Below are positions 52,371 through 64,000 of a DNA stretch of 64,000 nucleotides, one piece after another. The stretch comes from the human T2T-CHM13v2.0 reference genome, Homo sapiens, in NCBI GenBank assembly GCA_009914755.4, contig CP068257.2, positions 34,016,001 to 34,080,000 on the forward strand, read 5' to 3'. The number at the start of each line of letters is the position of its first letter. The stretch's first letter is position 1. The notes beneath the pieces were generated by a model, which was not told the DNA's origin, made no database searches, and was given only the letters and a program-made list of their open reading frames with translations. The position numbers were made by a program, and so were the translations under genes.

Positions 52371-53678
52371 GGGGGATCTTCAAAAAGTTCATAGAAAATG
52401 CATACTATGAGGAAACTATGCGTAGATTTCAAACCATATTTTGCACTGAAATAAATGAGTACTAACTTATTACGGCATGTCTGAACAGAATCAAGTTTGA
52501 GACACTAAGAACAAGACATCATTTTGAAAAAAGCCCCTTTCAGAACAATGTGAATTCTGCTAAAATGGACCCAAGAACAAACATTAAATTTATAGTGAAC
52601 CTTTGTGGAAGAATGGTGAAATCATTGATGCTTTACAAAATGGAGACGATGCCACCAAAGAAATCAGCAGTTTACATATGGATAACTTGTTTTTTAAGAA
52701 GGGATGAGACCGCATTGAAGATGAAACCCATAGCAGCAAATCATTCACATCAAATTGCAAAAAAAATTAAATTAAATTAATCTTATTCAGGACCTAATTG
52801 CAAAGAAGTGATCATTAACAGCAGAAACAATAGCTAACACTATAGACAAATCAACTGGTTCCATTTTGAACAAAAATAAATAAATTTTGTTCAAAATTTT
52901 GAACAAAAAGTTAAATATAAGCAAGCTTTCCAGTCCAGTCAATGAGTGCCAAAACTATCGTGCTCAGCTCAGCTGCAGACCAGCGCAGAGCTTTCAATGG
53001 AAATTTTAAACAAGTGCGATCAAGATCTTGAAACATTTCTTCAAAGAACTGTAACAGAAGATGAAACATGGCTTATCAGTACAATCCTGAATGCAGAGCA
53101 CAATCAACAAGTGGACATTGTCCAGTTAAAGCAAGAGTGGACCAGTCAAGAACAAAGGTCATGGCAACAGTTTTCTGGGATGCTCAAGGCATTCTGCTTG
53201 TTGACTTTCTGGAGGATCAAAACAATAACATCTGCTTATTATGAGAGTGTTTTGAGAAAGTTAGCCAAAGCTTTAGCAAAAAATAAAACTAGAAATCAGA
53301 GAAAGCATCACCAGACAGTCCTTCTCCACCACCACAATGCTCCTGCTCATCAAACACAGGAAATCTGGGGAGAGTTTCAATGGGAAATCATTAGACATCA
53401 CCTTACAATCCTGATTTGGCTCCTTCTGGCTTCTTTTTGTTTTCTAATCTTGAACATATCTGTAAAAGGCACCCATTTATCTTCAGTTAATAATGTAAAA
53501 TATGGTGCATAAACATGGATAAATTCCCAGGACCCACAGTTCTTTAGAGATGGACTGAATGGCTGGTATCATCACTTACAAAAGTGTCTTGAACCTGATG
53601 GAGCTTATGTTGAGAAATAAAAATTTTAGTTTTATTTTTATCTTTTAATTCCATTTTTCACGACCTTTTTGAAGTTCC
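52371..53678 (+). mobile_element. Tc1/mariner-family DNA transposon fossil (~1308 bp) with ~23-28-bp TIRs and flanking TA
   Basis: Left TIR (GGGGGAT)CTTCAAAAAGTTCATAGAAAATG at 52371-52400. Right end CATTTTTCACGACCTTTTTGAAG(TTCCC) at 53651-53678, whose reverse complement (GGGAA)CTTCAAAAAGGTCGTGAAAAATG matches the left TIR at about 20 of 23 positions. TTAT sits immediately outside both ends, consistent with TA duplication. The 1.3-kb length and internal transposase-like ORFs fit mariner. Confidence 0.75.
52556..53512 (+). pseudogene. Decayed mariner-type transposase coding region (frameshifts, stops, catalytic D to H)
   Basis: ORF 52550-52780 MDPRTNIKFIVNLCGRMVKSL... resembles a mariner transposase N-terminus (NIKFCVKLGKS...). 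ORF 52946-53512 contains DETWLISTILNAEHNQQ...SAYYESVLRKLAKALAKNKTRNQRKHHQTVLLHHHNAPAHQTQEI, compare mariner ...GDESWIYGYDPETKQQS...NSDFYCDVLRRLRENVRRKRPELWRNHNWLLHHDNAPAHTSL. The conserved LLHHDNAPAH motif reads LLHHHNAPAH here. Confidence 0.7.
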
Positions 53679-53699
53679 CTTATATTTCCACCTCTTCAA

Positions 53700-55140
53700 G
53701 GGCTAGTTTGCATCATCACAGATTCCAGAATCTCACCCTTCATCCTGGCTCTGCCCTCATCCTGATAACATGTCCAAGCTCTACCTACCTTTAAAAAACA
53801 AAGGCAGTTCCCTGGGCTCCCGTTTCCTCTCTAGTGCTTATCTCTCTCCTGCCCTTCTCAGGGAAATTTCTTGAAGGGATAGCTTACACTTCTTTCTGCT
53901 TCTGCCCTTCCCTCTCACTGCTCAATTTTACCACCACATAAAACTGCTCTGGCCAAAGTCCCCAGTGCCCCATTAATTTCTAAATCCCGTTGAATATGTC
54001 TGTCTGTATTTATCTCTATCCCCTGTGGCTATGAAGTCTCATTTTTGTAACATTTTCATTCCATGAACTCCCAACTCCATGAAAGGTTTCTCTTTTTGAC
54101 ATCTGTTCTTTTTTAACTTTATTTAGATTTTAAATGAACTATTTCAAACATTCACAAAAGCACAGAGAACAGTATGTCCATCTGTCTCTTACTTTCTCAC
54201 CCTCTTTTGTCTTACTGTCTTACCCTCTATAATTGCCTTTGGTGACCTTGTCCACTGTTTTGTCCCCCTTACCCCCAACAGTGTTCACTGCAAGACCATC
54301 CCCACATCTCCTGATCTGTGAGTCTCTCTGTCCTGCTCCTTCTTGCCACCCCCACTGGATGTGCCACTGGCTGCTCAACATAGCTGACCTTTTTGCCACT
54401 CACCAGCCTGCTCTCCTCCTTCATTGTTTCTGCTGACCAGGTCAGAAACATATGCACCCTTCTGGCAAAATCCTGTTATTGGATCTTGGAAATGTCTTTA
54501 TACTCTGTCCCCTTCTCCTATCTGTCCCTCCATATCCCCCTGAACATGGCTTTAATTCAGGTTTTATCCTCCTCATTGTATTTGGTGTAACCGTCTCCTC
54601 ATTAGCCTGCTTTCTGCAGTCTTACCCCACCACCCTCCAATCCATTCTCTACCCATCTACTACACACATCTTTTTTCTTTTTACAATTAAAATCCTATCA
54701 TGTCACTTATGTACTTGGAAGGCATTGGGGACCCTTCCTAAACTCACCATAAGATCTAGACTGTAACATGGGATACTAGCTCCTGCTCAATTCTTGGCTC
54801 CCACTCACAAACCCTCTGCTGTTCCAAGCTAGACCACCTGTCCTTCCCAGAATGCCACGCCCTGGGTTCTTCCTTGGCCACAGGGCTAACTCTTTCTTCC
54901 ATCAGGGCTGCTCTAGTGTGCTTCCTCGTCTGAGTGGCTTTGCCTGCATCTCAGGTCCGGGATGATACCGCCCCTCAGCACACACCTCTGCCATTGCTCT
55001 TACCACGCTGTGGCTACTGTTGGCATATTTGTCTCCCTGACCCATCTGCGCAAGCCCAGAAAGCAGGGACTGTTCTGACCAGGATTTACTGCATTTCCTG
55101 CATCTAGTAGCTGCTCAATAAGTACCAAACATATCCTGAC
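53700..55140 (+). mobile_element. L2 LINE 3' UTR, ~1.4 kb with internal rearrangements
   Basis: Start CCAGAATCTCACCCTTCATCCTGGCTCTGCCCTCATCCTGATAACATGTCCAAGCTCTACC resembles the L2 3' UTR start (CTCAAATTCAACATGTCCAAAACTGAACTCATCATCTTCCCC). Long C/T-rich body (...CCACCCTCCAATCCATTCTCTACCCATC..., compare CCCTACAATCCATTCTCCACACAGCAGCC). 3' end ...GTCTCCCTGACCCATCTGCGCAAGCCCAGAAAGCAGGGACTGTTCTGACCAGGATTTACTGCATTTCCTGCATCTAGTAGCTGCTCAATAAGTACC matches the L2/MIR tail (...TGTAAGCTCCATGAGGGCAGGGACTGTGTCTGTTTTGTTCACTGCTGTATCCCCAGCGCCTAGAACAGTGCCTGGCACATAGTAGGCGCTCAATAAATATTTG). Confidence 0.5.
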
Positions 55141-56489
55141 TCACACACTTTTTCATATGCATAGAGATGGTATACTGGGACTTACCAGAAAATCAATAAC
55201 ACAGCGAAGGATTGTAAAAACCCCAGCCAGTAAGGGCACGGTGTTCATGATAACTTAAACAAACATTTAAATTGAAGAGCCACACTTTCAGTTGCTTTAA
55301 AGCAAGTCAAATGAAGTTAGCATCATAAAATATTCCCATGTCCTCTAAAGCTATTAATTGGTAACCCATAGGCATATAATCAAATGCTCACTCAAAAGGC
55401 TGAATCCTTGTCTAAGCACAGAAAACTGGAGCCTGATTTCTGTGCATGAGGTGATGCACCAATGACAAACCTTTATACCAGAGCACGACTCTGAAATTGT
55501 TCACATTGTGTTGCTGTGTGACTATGGGCAGAAATGCAGACCTGGCTATTTAGAGGAGAAAGAGGAAGAAGGGCAGGATCTACATCTAAGAGCCCGTGCC
55601 CCCAATTGGCTAAGAATCACAGTTAAACCAAGTGCCTTATCCCTAGAGTCTGGGGAGGCAAAGGCTTGTCTTCCTCTCATCAAATAATATATATTTACAT
55701 TCCCCTACTAACTTGCCAGTTAGAGTAACTGGATCACACTAAGAAAACTTATTTCCTTTTCTTTGATTAATAAGCTCAAGATTATAATGTATTGAAAGTG
55801 AATATATTATTGTATATTCTCCAGAGATAGATTCCCATGCAACCTGGTTATTCTTTCTTTGTTCCCCCAACAAGTCAAATTCTCTGGTCTTTTCTTCCAT
55901 GTTTGATGTCCCAGGAGTCTAGCCCTATAAATGTCACCAATGGGCCTCCTTGCTCTGAGTCTTCTGCTTGGGCTCAACCAAAGGGAGGCACTGTCAGGAG
56001 ATTGGGGCTGGAGGGGAGAAAGGCCAGGACACTTATTCCTCCACATCCTCTGTGCCAACCCTCAGTCTTGCCCCTAGCTGCGCTCCTCTGCCTGTAGCCC
56101 CAAGCCCCATCAGGAGAGGCCTTTCCCATACATCTCATCTACTCGCCCTGTCCCTTCAGGCCCCAGGGCACTAACAGATTTCACTGATGCTCCCCACTGG
56201 GTACACCACTGCCTTGATTCCTTTACCCCTTGACCTCTGAAATAGCTTCTTCAATGAACTCCTGGAATGGGTCATCTCTTTCCTGCCAGGAATCTGCTGG
56301 GGAAACCCTCCTATGTGACTTCCCATTCCATGAGCCTCACTGCAGAAGCCACGCACATATGTGGCGAGACAGTAGCTCTTTGTGCTATGGTCCATGGACA
56401 AGCAGATCTTTACCATGGTCAGTATTAACCCCCAAATCCCTTCCCAGAGTTCCCCCAGAGAAAGAAAAACTAACAGCATAGTTTAAGAA

Positions 56490-56870
56490 ATTGGCTTACG
56501 CAATTGTGGGGGCTGGCAAATCTAAAATCTATAAGGCAAGCCAACAGGCTGAGGTAAGAGTCGATTTTGCAGTCTTGAGTTCAAATGCTAGAAACTCAGG
56601 CAGAATTTCAACGTTGCAGTCGAAGAAGAAATTCTGTCTCCATTCAGGGAATCTTGGTCTTTGTTCTTATGAACAAAGACATGTTATAGAAGGAAATGTG
56701 CTTTACCTAAAGTCAATTGATGTAAATGTTAATTATATCTAAAATATACCTTCACAGCAACATCTGGAGTAGTGTTTGACCAAACAACTGTCCTCTAGCC
56801 AGCTGACGCATAAAATTAACGATCACATCCATCCACCACATGGATTCAGTTTCCTTTGGGGCAAGGAGGT
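56490..56870 (+). repeat. Ancient interspersed repeat (LTR-like; family name not recalled with confidence)
   Basis: TGTGGGGGCTGGCAAATCTAAAATCTATAAGGCAAGCCAACAGGCTGAGGTAAGAGTCGATTTTGCAGTCTTGAGTTCAAATGCTAGAAACTCAGGCAGAATTTC...ACCTAAAGTCAATTGATGTAAATGTTAATTATATCTAAAATATACCTTCACAGCAACATCTGGAGTAGTGTTTGACCAAACAACTG...CATAAAATTAACGATCACA matches a very common mammalian repeat consensus (...GGCTGGCAAATCTAAAATCTGTAGGGCAGGCTGGCAGGCTGGAGACCCAGGGAAGAGTTGATGTTGCAGTCTTGAGTCC...CTACTGATTTAAATGTTAATCTCATCTAAAAAATACCTTCACAGCAACATC...GACACATAAAATTAACCATCACA). Confidence 0.45.
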
Positions 56871-57889
56871 TTCTCTTTACTTCAAAAGCTATAAGGGCTC
56901 AGAACTCACTTATGTCCTCTGATACAGTTTGTATTCACTTGTGTTCTCTGATACAGGAGTAAGGAAAAGAAATGCCTAATTAAACAACAAAAATAACCAC
57001 CTTCCTACCACCAAAGGAAACCATCCAAAAAGCCATCAGAGCCTGCACAGAGTATGACCCTGTCTTTTTCCTTTTTTTTTTTTTTTTTTATTGACACTGA
57101 TTGGCTTGTGCTTGAAACTGCCCAAGAAATTTAGAAATATAGGCAATAGAATTAGAAGGAGTTTGAACTGTGACCCCAGAGATCAAACCCTGACAACTCG
57201 GTATGTTAAACTGTATTAAAATGTATGGCTTTGAAGGAAGGGATCAATATGTTTTTCTCTGTTTGTGAAGGGCCTGCACTAAATGATAGTGAGAAACAAG
57301 CAGCCCCAGAACACAGATGCAGCCGAAGGATTTCCATGGCTTGTGCTAACTCAACTTGGCTATCTTGATGCAAAGGGAAAATGTGAAGGGCTTCCAGAAA
57401 GAACAGCTGAGATATTTGCTCACTGGTTTATTTGCAAACCAAGAAAGCAGTTTTTAGTTGCGTATGACTTTAACAACCACATCACTGCCTCTTTGGGCCT
57501 GACCCAAGACACTATTTTAACTTACAGTGAAATATGACTGAAACCCAGCTTCTCAGCCTGTGTTCTATGGGAGATCCAGTAGGAGGCTGAAGGGTTTTGC
57601 AATGACTGTTGTCCTCTGCTTGCTGCCACAACCCCCATCAAGACTCCTCTCCCCAAGGTACACCCTTCCTCCCCCACCCCTTCAGAACTAAGGGAGGCAA
57701 CAACTTCCCAAAAGTTCATGGCTGCATTTCCATCCCTTCGTATGAAACCTAATCAACAGTTCTATAGATAATTTTTGGGATAAACACAGAAATTGATCGT
57801 TCTGGTCTTAAAGCTGGAAACTTACATTTGTTTTATCTGAGTTCCTTCTTCAGAAAATGACCTTCAGGCCTCTCAAAGAAGTATCAAAG

Positions 57890-58189
57890 GGCCAGGCACG
57901 GTGGCTCATGCCTGTAACCTCAGCACTTTCAGAGGCCAAAGCAGATGGATCACTTGAGGCCAGGAGTTCAAGACCAGCCTGGCCAACATGGCGAAACCCT
58001 GTCTCTACTGAAAATATAAAAATTAGCCAGGCGTGGTGGCGCATGCCTGTAATCCCAACTACTCTGGAGGCTGAGGCATGAGAATGCCTTGAGCCTGGGA
58101 GGCAGAGGTTGCTGTGAGCTGAGATCGCAACATTGTATTTGTCTGGGTAACAAAGCGAGACTCTGCCTCCAAAAAAAAAAAAAAAAAAA
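57890..58189 (+). mobile_element. AluS-type SINE, full length, A19 tail, perfect 11-bp TSD AAGTATCAAAG
   Basis: GGCCAGGCACGGTGGCTCATGCCTGTAACCTCAGCACTTTCAGAGGCCAAAGCAGATGGATCACTTGAGGCCAGGAGTTCAAGACCAGCCTGGCCAACATGGCGAAACCCTGTCTCTACTGAAAATATAAAAATTAGCCAGGCGTGGTGGCGCATGCCTGTAATCCCAACTACTCTGGAGGCTGAGGCATGAGAATGCCTTGAGCCTGGGAGGCAGAGGTTGCTGTGAGCTGAGATCGCAACATTGTATTTGTCTGGGTAACAAAGCGAGACTCTGCCTCC plus A19. TSD at 57879-57889 and 58188-58198. Confidence 0.95.
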
Positions 58190-58657
58190 GTATCAAAGAA
58201 CTGAAACTCAGCAGATCACCACATCCAGACAATGAGATGTGGGGGCCCTCATTCATCATGATTGCTTCCTTGCCCCTCCCTAGTTTCTATTTTCTTACAC
58301 ATTGTTTGGTTTCTTTCATTTCTTCTATGCTACATAAATCCCTAGCTTTAGTCCCTCAGGGAGATGAATTTGAGACTGAGCTCCCATCTCCTCAGCTGCA
58401 GCACCTGATTAAAGCTTTCTTTCTTGGCAATACTTGTCATCTCTGTGATTGGCTTTCTGTGCAGTGAGCAGCAGGACCTAGACCAAACCCCTTGTATTTC
58501 AGTAACATTTACAACCAACAGATGAGGAACCACATGCCAAAAATGTAAAACCATTGAAGTCCTGGGGGAAAAAATCAGTGCCACTAATCCCAGAAATCTT
58601 TGTACCATCTCCCAACAAGAATTATTCTTTAAAACGAGTTCACAGAGGAGTTATGGG

Positions 58658-58895
58658 GTGGCTTTTTCACAATGTCCTCTGCAAATCACGATGTCATTTC
58701 CTTTTCACTTGCTCTTGTTCCTGCCTGCATTATTTTCTTTCTTTCTTTCTTTCTTTCGTTTTTTAAGACTGCTTTCTGCCTCTGTGGTCATCTTCCTTTT
58801 TTTTTTTTACCATTCTTTTATCAGTTTTCATTCATTATGATCTTAAGAAGCCTCAGTGTGGGCTGTAGTCTCTCTCTCTCTCTCTCTCTCTCTCC
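58658..58895. repeat. Polypyrimidine (T/C-rich) tract with (TTTC)n, poly-T and (TC)n microsatellites
   Basis: CATTATTTTCTTTCTTTCTTTCTTTCTTTCGTTTTTTAAG..., T13 at about 58797-58810, and TCTCTCTCTCTCTCTCTCTCTCTCC at 58869-58894. Confidence 0.85.
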
Positions 58896-60879
58896 AGAAA
58901 AGCATGCTTTCTTAATGGAAAAGTCTATTCAAATGCAGAGGACCTCTTTACCACGTGCATCTGTTGCAAAATCACCAACTGGAGTATCCAATTATATTAA
59001 AAGGAATTCCACGGAACTATTATCCTAATAGATGGAACACTCCTCCAATAATCATCCACACGAGCCGAAGACCCAGATTCTCTCATCCATGCACCAAAAC
59101 AAAGGACTTTTTTAATAAGAAGCAAACATAAGGGAGCTGCGAGACATATTAAATGCAAGTGGTTTGCTTTTGTGCTGTAATTCCTTAGATAAATAGAGCT
59201 CAAAACTTACTTCCGGAACTCCAGAGCTTTCCTTCCTCTGTGTAAGTTTTTCTTTTGTTATTAAGATGGCTTTGCATGGTTTCAGCTTGCACAGTCATTT
59301 TCATGGTTTCACACCACCAGGCAAAGTGAGGACAGCCCATACCTACAGTGTTGGAGCTACCATGAGAACAAGATGGACTTTTCTTTCTTCCCTTTGTGAA
59401 ATCTCTGCAACTACTTGCTAGAAAGGAGCCAACAGGAAAGAGATGTTGGAAATACAGGGAGAAATGCTGAAGAGCACTTTGGAACAGGTACTTTCCCTTC
59501 TCTTCATGCAGAGAAGCCATCCACTGGACATGGCCGGATGATAGCTCTTATGGAAATCCCCATCACTGGCAAGGGCGTGGCTACTGGGTCCAGGTGCCTT
59601 AGATGCAGCCAGCAGGATGCACAGATTAATATTTTTCTTTCCCAAAGAGAGGACTGGGGCTTTGATAAGGGATTTCTCCAGCGATACACAGCTGGTAAGG
59701 ACAGTCAGTAGCTGGCACACCTCTCTCAAGACCTGACAGTAGTGTGAGTTAGGGACCCCCCTCTGCCCCGGATGTCAGTCATTTTTGGGTTGCAGCTTAC
59801 CCACTCCACACTGACATGCTTGGTTTATTCTCTGCCTGCCCATCCAGGCTGTGAGCCACCAAAGTGGGAGCAGGTATCGTTCCCTCCTGAGGACCCTTGG
59901 GCCTACTGCAGGGCCTGGCTCAGCAAAGGCAAAAGTGAGTAGTCCAGGAGTGGGTCCCTGCCCTGGCTGAGTCTGGGCATCTGTCTGACCCTGTACCCAT
60001 GACCTCTGTAAGCCAAAGGTGTCTATAGATCCCTCTGTCCCCTGTCCCCTCCAAATCTGGCCACTTAAGGACTGTCTTTCTTGCTAAACCCCTACAGTGT
60101 GCTCTGGCTGGATCATTGCTCGTGGGGCATCCCTTCCTTTCTCAGCAGCCAGCGTGCCTTCCTCGTGCTCATTCCACACCTGCCTCCACCCCACAGAGGA
60201 GAGGCTCGGCCACAGCCATGGCTGAAGTGAGGAAGTTTCAAGTCCATCAGGGCATGCTCCTCACACTCACACATCACAGACGGATGCCTTCTTTGGGTAC
60301 CCTGTGCTACCAGCCTCATACTCACTCTGTCCCGTGCCCTTGCTCTTTTAGCATTTGGGACATACAGTAGCTTTGGAGCTGCTTTGCCTCCTCCTTTCCC
60401 TTCTACCCTGGTTCAGATCTATAACCATCTTCTCATGTATTTCCCACAAATGCCAGTCAAGGGCGCCTTGGGCACAGGGCAGACTCCATCCCAGAGTCCC
60501 CCAAGGTTCTGCTTCCTGATTCATTTTTTTTTTCTAATCACTTAGTTCTACCTGGAGCATTTAATAACATTCTGTACAGAGCATTTACTTTTCCAGTGTT
60601 ACTGCTTCTCTCAGCACCTGTCAAGGGAAGCTCTTCTCCACTGGCCCACAGCTGAGCAAATCCCTGAGCAAAGACTTTATCTGACTTGCCAAGAACCACC
60701 GAGCCATTCAGTGACACTCAAGCATAGAGATGTTATGCTAAAATCTCCTGTCTCTCAACTATGGGCACCTTCTCTGGTCTCATGGAAACAAGGACAGCCT
60801 TGGTAGAAAGAACAACATTACATAGCAAGGGCACATTGTGTGGCATATATGTATAGTTTGATGCTTAAAAGTACTGTCA

Positions 60880-61080
60880 CTAGAGTGAGACTGACCTCGT
60901 TTCAATCCAGTTCACCTGTGTCTTAGCTGCATCACTTCGTGCAGGTTAGTTAACCTCTCGGGGTCCTAGTTTCCTTATCTGTTGCATGGGAATATCACCT
61001 TGCAACACTGAGAAGATAAATAACAAAAAGCTTAATGCAAGGTCCAGCATAAATGAAGTGGCAATTATCATGATTAATTT
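60880..61080 (+). mobile_element. MIR SINE (core plus 3' region)
   Basis: ...CTGTGTCTTAGCTGCATCACTTCGTGCAGGTTAGTTAACCTCTCGGGGTCCTAGTTTCCTTATCTGTTGCATGGGAATATCACCTTGCAACACTGAGAAGATAAATAACAAAAAGCTTAATGCAAGGTCCAGCATAAATGAAGTGGCAATTATCATGATTAAT versus the MIR consensus (...AGCTGTGTGACCTTGGGCAAGTCACTTAACCTCTCTGAGCCTCAGTTTCCTCATCTGTAAAATGGGGATAATAATACCTACCTCACAGGGTTGTTGTGAGGATTAAATGAGATAATGCATGTAAAGCGCTTAGCACAGTGCCTGGCACATAGTAAGCGCTCAATAAATGTTAGCTATTATTA). Confidence 0.6.
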
Positions 61081-64000
61081 AAAGAAAATAACCATATGAC
61101 TGAATTGACCTAATTAAAACAGAAACAGGAATTGGAAGACAGGTAGAGCAAAAGCTACCTCTTCCCTGTCATCCCTCCGGGAGCCCCACGTCTTTTTCCT
61201 CTGCTCTTCCCCTTGGCGCAGCTCCTCTAAGACTCCCTCCCACCTGCAGCCTCTACAACTTCTCCCATATTTACTTTCTTGAGGAGCTCAAGTGCTTCAA
61301 GGTTTCAACTCTTGTTGTTGTCATTGCTGATTAAATTGCACATATATGATCTCCTTTCTCTTCCCAGTTTCTAGGTTCTTCCTGTCTATGTCAATGTTTC
61401 CCAAAATTGTCTGGTCATAAAACTCATGGGGGTAGGGAGAGGACTTGTTTTAAAATCTCTGAAGCCCAGGTTTGCTATGAGTGCAGGAATGTGCAAGTTT
61501 AACAGGTCTCCTAGAGCGAGCCCACCACCAGGCAAGGCTGAGATTAACCAACTTGTTGACCCGAGCAATCATGGTCTCCAAACCCCAAACCAAGTTGCAT
61601 GACTGACAAAGGAATTTGCACTGTTTTCTTTTGTAACAGCAAAAGCAGAGGGGAAGAAAATGTGAAGCCCAAAACACCAGAATGTCATATTTCTATAGCT
61701 TATGAAGACAGCAGGGCACTTTAGATCTTTAGAAATACGGGATCTTTAGAAATATGTGATGTTCGTATGGCCACCATATATGCAGGACACCTCTACTGAG
61801 AATCACAAGATTTAACACTAAATGTGCTTATTATTAGTTAGAACACCTTTGGCTATGACCGGTATGCTATAACAATATAGACACTGCCACTCATTTAGCA
61901 AGATGTCTAAAAGTAGGTGGTCCCAGGAGAGTGCGGGGCAGCTCAGCAGTGCCATCGATGGAGGACCTAGCATCTTGTGATCTTTCTGCCCTGTGCTTCT
62001 CAGCACACTGGCTTTTCAACTCAAGGCTGCAACACAGATGGGAGCTGCGGTTCCAGCATCATCCCATCATTTCACAAACATTTTCAATTCAGGAAGAAGT
62101 GCCAAGCCAACTTGCCGTATTCTCTTTTGTAAAAACTTGACAGGCAGGGAGGGGGGCAGATTCTCCCTAAAAGCACTTGCCCTTGTGCCTTAGTGGGTAG
62201 AACTGAGTCACAGGCCCACCACTGCAACACTCACTAGCAAAAGAGAATGGGATTATTTAGTTTGCTTTAACCTAATCATGGTTCATCCCCAAAGCTCATC
62301 TCCACTGAGCTTATTTCTAGAATAAACATAGAAAGGAGGAAAAAATGACTCTGAAACAGGAAACCAGTGGATTTAGGAAAATGCACAATATCACAGAGCC
62401 AGAACTCAAACTTTTGTAAATCTGTTTCCAGAACCTTTATGCCAACTGATTCCAGCTACATACAACTTCACTTCCAAACAAACCCCTGTATGCTTGCTGG
62501 CCTTCCATCAAAGCAAAGTTATTCTTACTTTGTACTAGATTGCTATGTTACATCCAGACTCTTAATAAAAACAAACTAAACCCAAACACCTACTATTGCC
62601 ACACAGAGCACCCAGTGGCCTCAGGGTTCGGCAGGGTGGCAGTGAGGAGTTCTAGCAAAGCTTCTCCCACCCAAGTGTGGACCCTCAGCTGAGGAGGCTG
62701 GTCTTGGCTGTGCTGTTCCATTTGCACGAAGATCCTGATAGACTCCTCCATCTTTAGATTGCAGCAGCTGGGGGTTATCATAGATTTTCTCTTCCAAAAA
62801 TTAAAAAAAAATTATCTTAAAAGAAGCATTGAATAGTTATGAGATACATCATAAAAATACTCTCTATATGTTAATTATTGAATAAATGTTTATATTATTA
62901 ACTTATCTCCTATCCCCTTCCACAAGTGATTTGGAGAAGCTTTTAAAAATATAGTCAATCTGAGTAAGATTAGTGGAGTGTATCAATGTCAGTTTCCTGG
63001 TTGTGATATTGTATCATACTTATGCAAGATGATATCATTGGGGGACCCTGGGTAAAAGAGACAGTGGATCTCTCTGTATTATTTCTTACCACCTAATGTG
63101 AATCTACAACTGTCTTAAAATAAGCAAGCTAAACCTTAAAAAATAAATTCCTCATCAAAAGAGTAAAATATATTCCTCATCTCAAACATACATCATTTCT
63201 TTGTGTTGGGAACACTCAATATCTTAATTCTAGCTATTAGAGACTATATAATGTATTACTGTTAACTGTAGTTGGAATCCTACAATGGGATAGAACACTA
63301 AAACTTACCCCTTCTATCTAAATGGAAATGCCAATTACCCTGATCCGATCTCTATAACATTACATATATTGAAACATCACTATGTACCCCATAGGTACAA
63401 TTATTATATGTCAATTTAAAACTAATTTGAAAAATGTTGTAATTAAAAAAATTAAATACTAAACTATAAATAACTAAGCATATCACAGCAAAAGGGAAAG
63501 TGGGTAGCAAAATGGTAAATCTGGGAGTTAGAGAAAAGCAGAAATGCAAGCCCACAGCTCTCTGCAGTTGCTAGCAGTGATCTGAAAGTTTGATCTAAGC
63601 TTTCTATCCTGGTGGCCAAAGACGGAATCAGTTACAAGGATCTCAGTGTTCATAAGATATTATTCTAAGCCAGGGTCGCTGCAGGTGGCTGCAATTCTGA
63701 TACTGGAGGAATTTGTTCCTTAGATCCCTTTGCAGTTCTGTTGTATAACTTATGCAGCAACACTCCTACAAGAGATAACAAAGAAAAATTCACACAACTA
63801 TTTTTTAAGTGTTCTTGAATATATATAGATAGTGGAACTCCTTGGCATAAACTTCAGTGGGGAAAAAAGGCAGTTTTCTAAAGGGCCAGTTAATTTCATC
63901 GGTGGGTAATGAAAGAAAGTGTTGTGGTGTAATTTGGTCACCCTTCTGCTATCGTTACCTGGTGATCACTGACGAACATGTTCATCCTGACACTGCAATA

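Noticed and set aside
52946-53512. 188-aa ORF as a possible host protein-coding gene
   Set aside because: It has clear mariner-transposase similarity and lies inside a TIR-bounded 1.3-kb element. The catalytic motif is mutated and upstream frames are broken. It is a transposon pseudogene, not a cellular gene.

Overview
This window is primate (human-type) nuclear DNA, not a prokaryotic locus. It is AT-rich and dominated by interspersed repeats. There are no credible intact protein-coding genes, rRNA or tRNA genes, CRISPR arrays or operon-like structure. The only long ORF with real protein similarity is a decayed mariner transposase.

I recognise 17 Alu elements (AluJ/S/Y-like), 15 of them full or near-full length and two 5'-truncated (the ~125-bp 3' fragment at 20741-20865 and the copy at 48226-48476); most show visible target-site duplications (TSDs). 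There is one primate L1PA insertion with a 5' inversion, and several older L1M/L1PB 3' ends. L2 fragments include one with recognisable reverse-transcriptase motifs. MaLR LTRs (THE1, MST, MLT1-type), MER5A, MIR fragments and microsatellites fill much of the rest.

I do not see an exciting, previously undescribed system. The items worth a second look are structural retroelement and transposon events:
- an L1 with inverted 5' part (twin-priming-like) and an 18-bp TSD at a TT|AAAA site (11914-12696);
- a ~1.3-kb mariner fossil with terminal inverted repeats (TIRs), TA duplications and a transposase pseudo-ORF (52371-53678);
- a ~40-nt 5S rRNA 5' fragment flanked by 17-bp direct repeats (6897-6973);
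- an LTR-like block plus Alu flanked by a 14-bp exact direct repeat (16504-17308);
- an Alu nested in an older Alu, and a young-looking AluY with a perfect TSD;
- one weakly supported candidate terminal exon (50459-50700).

All repeat-family names come from memory of consensus sequences and need confirmation with RepeatMasker/Dfam.
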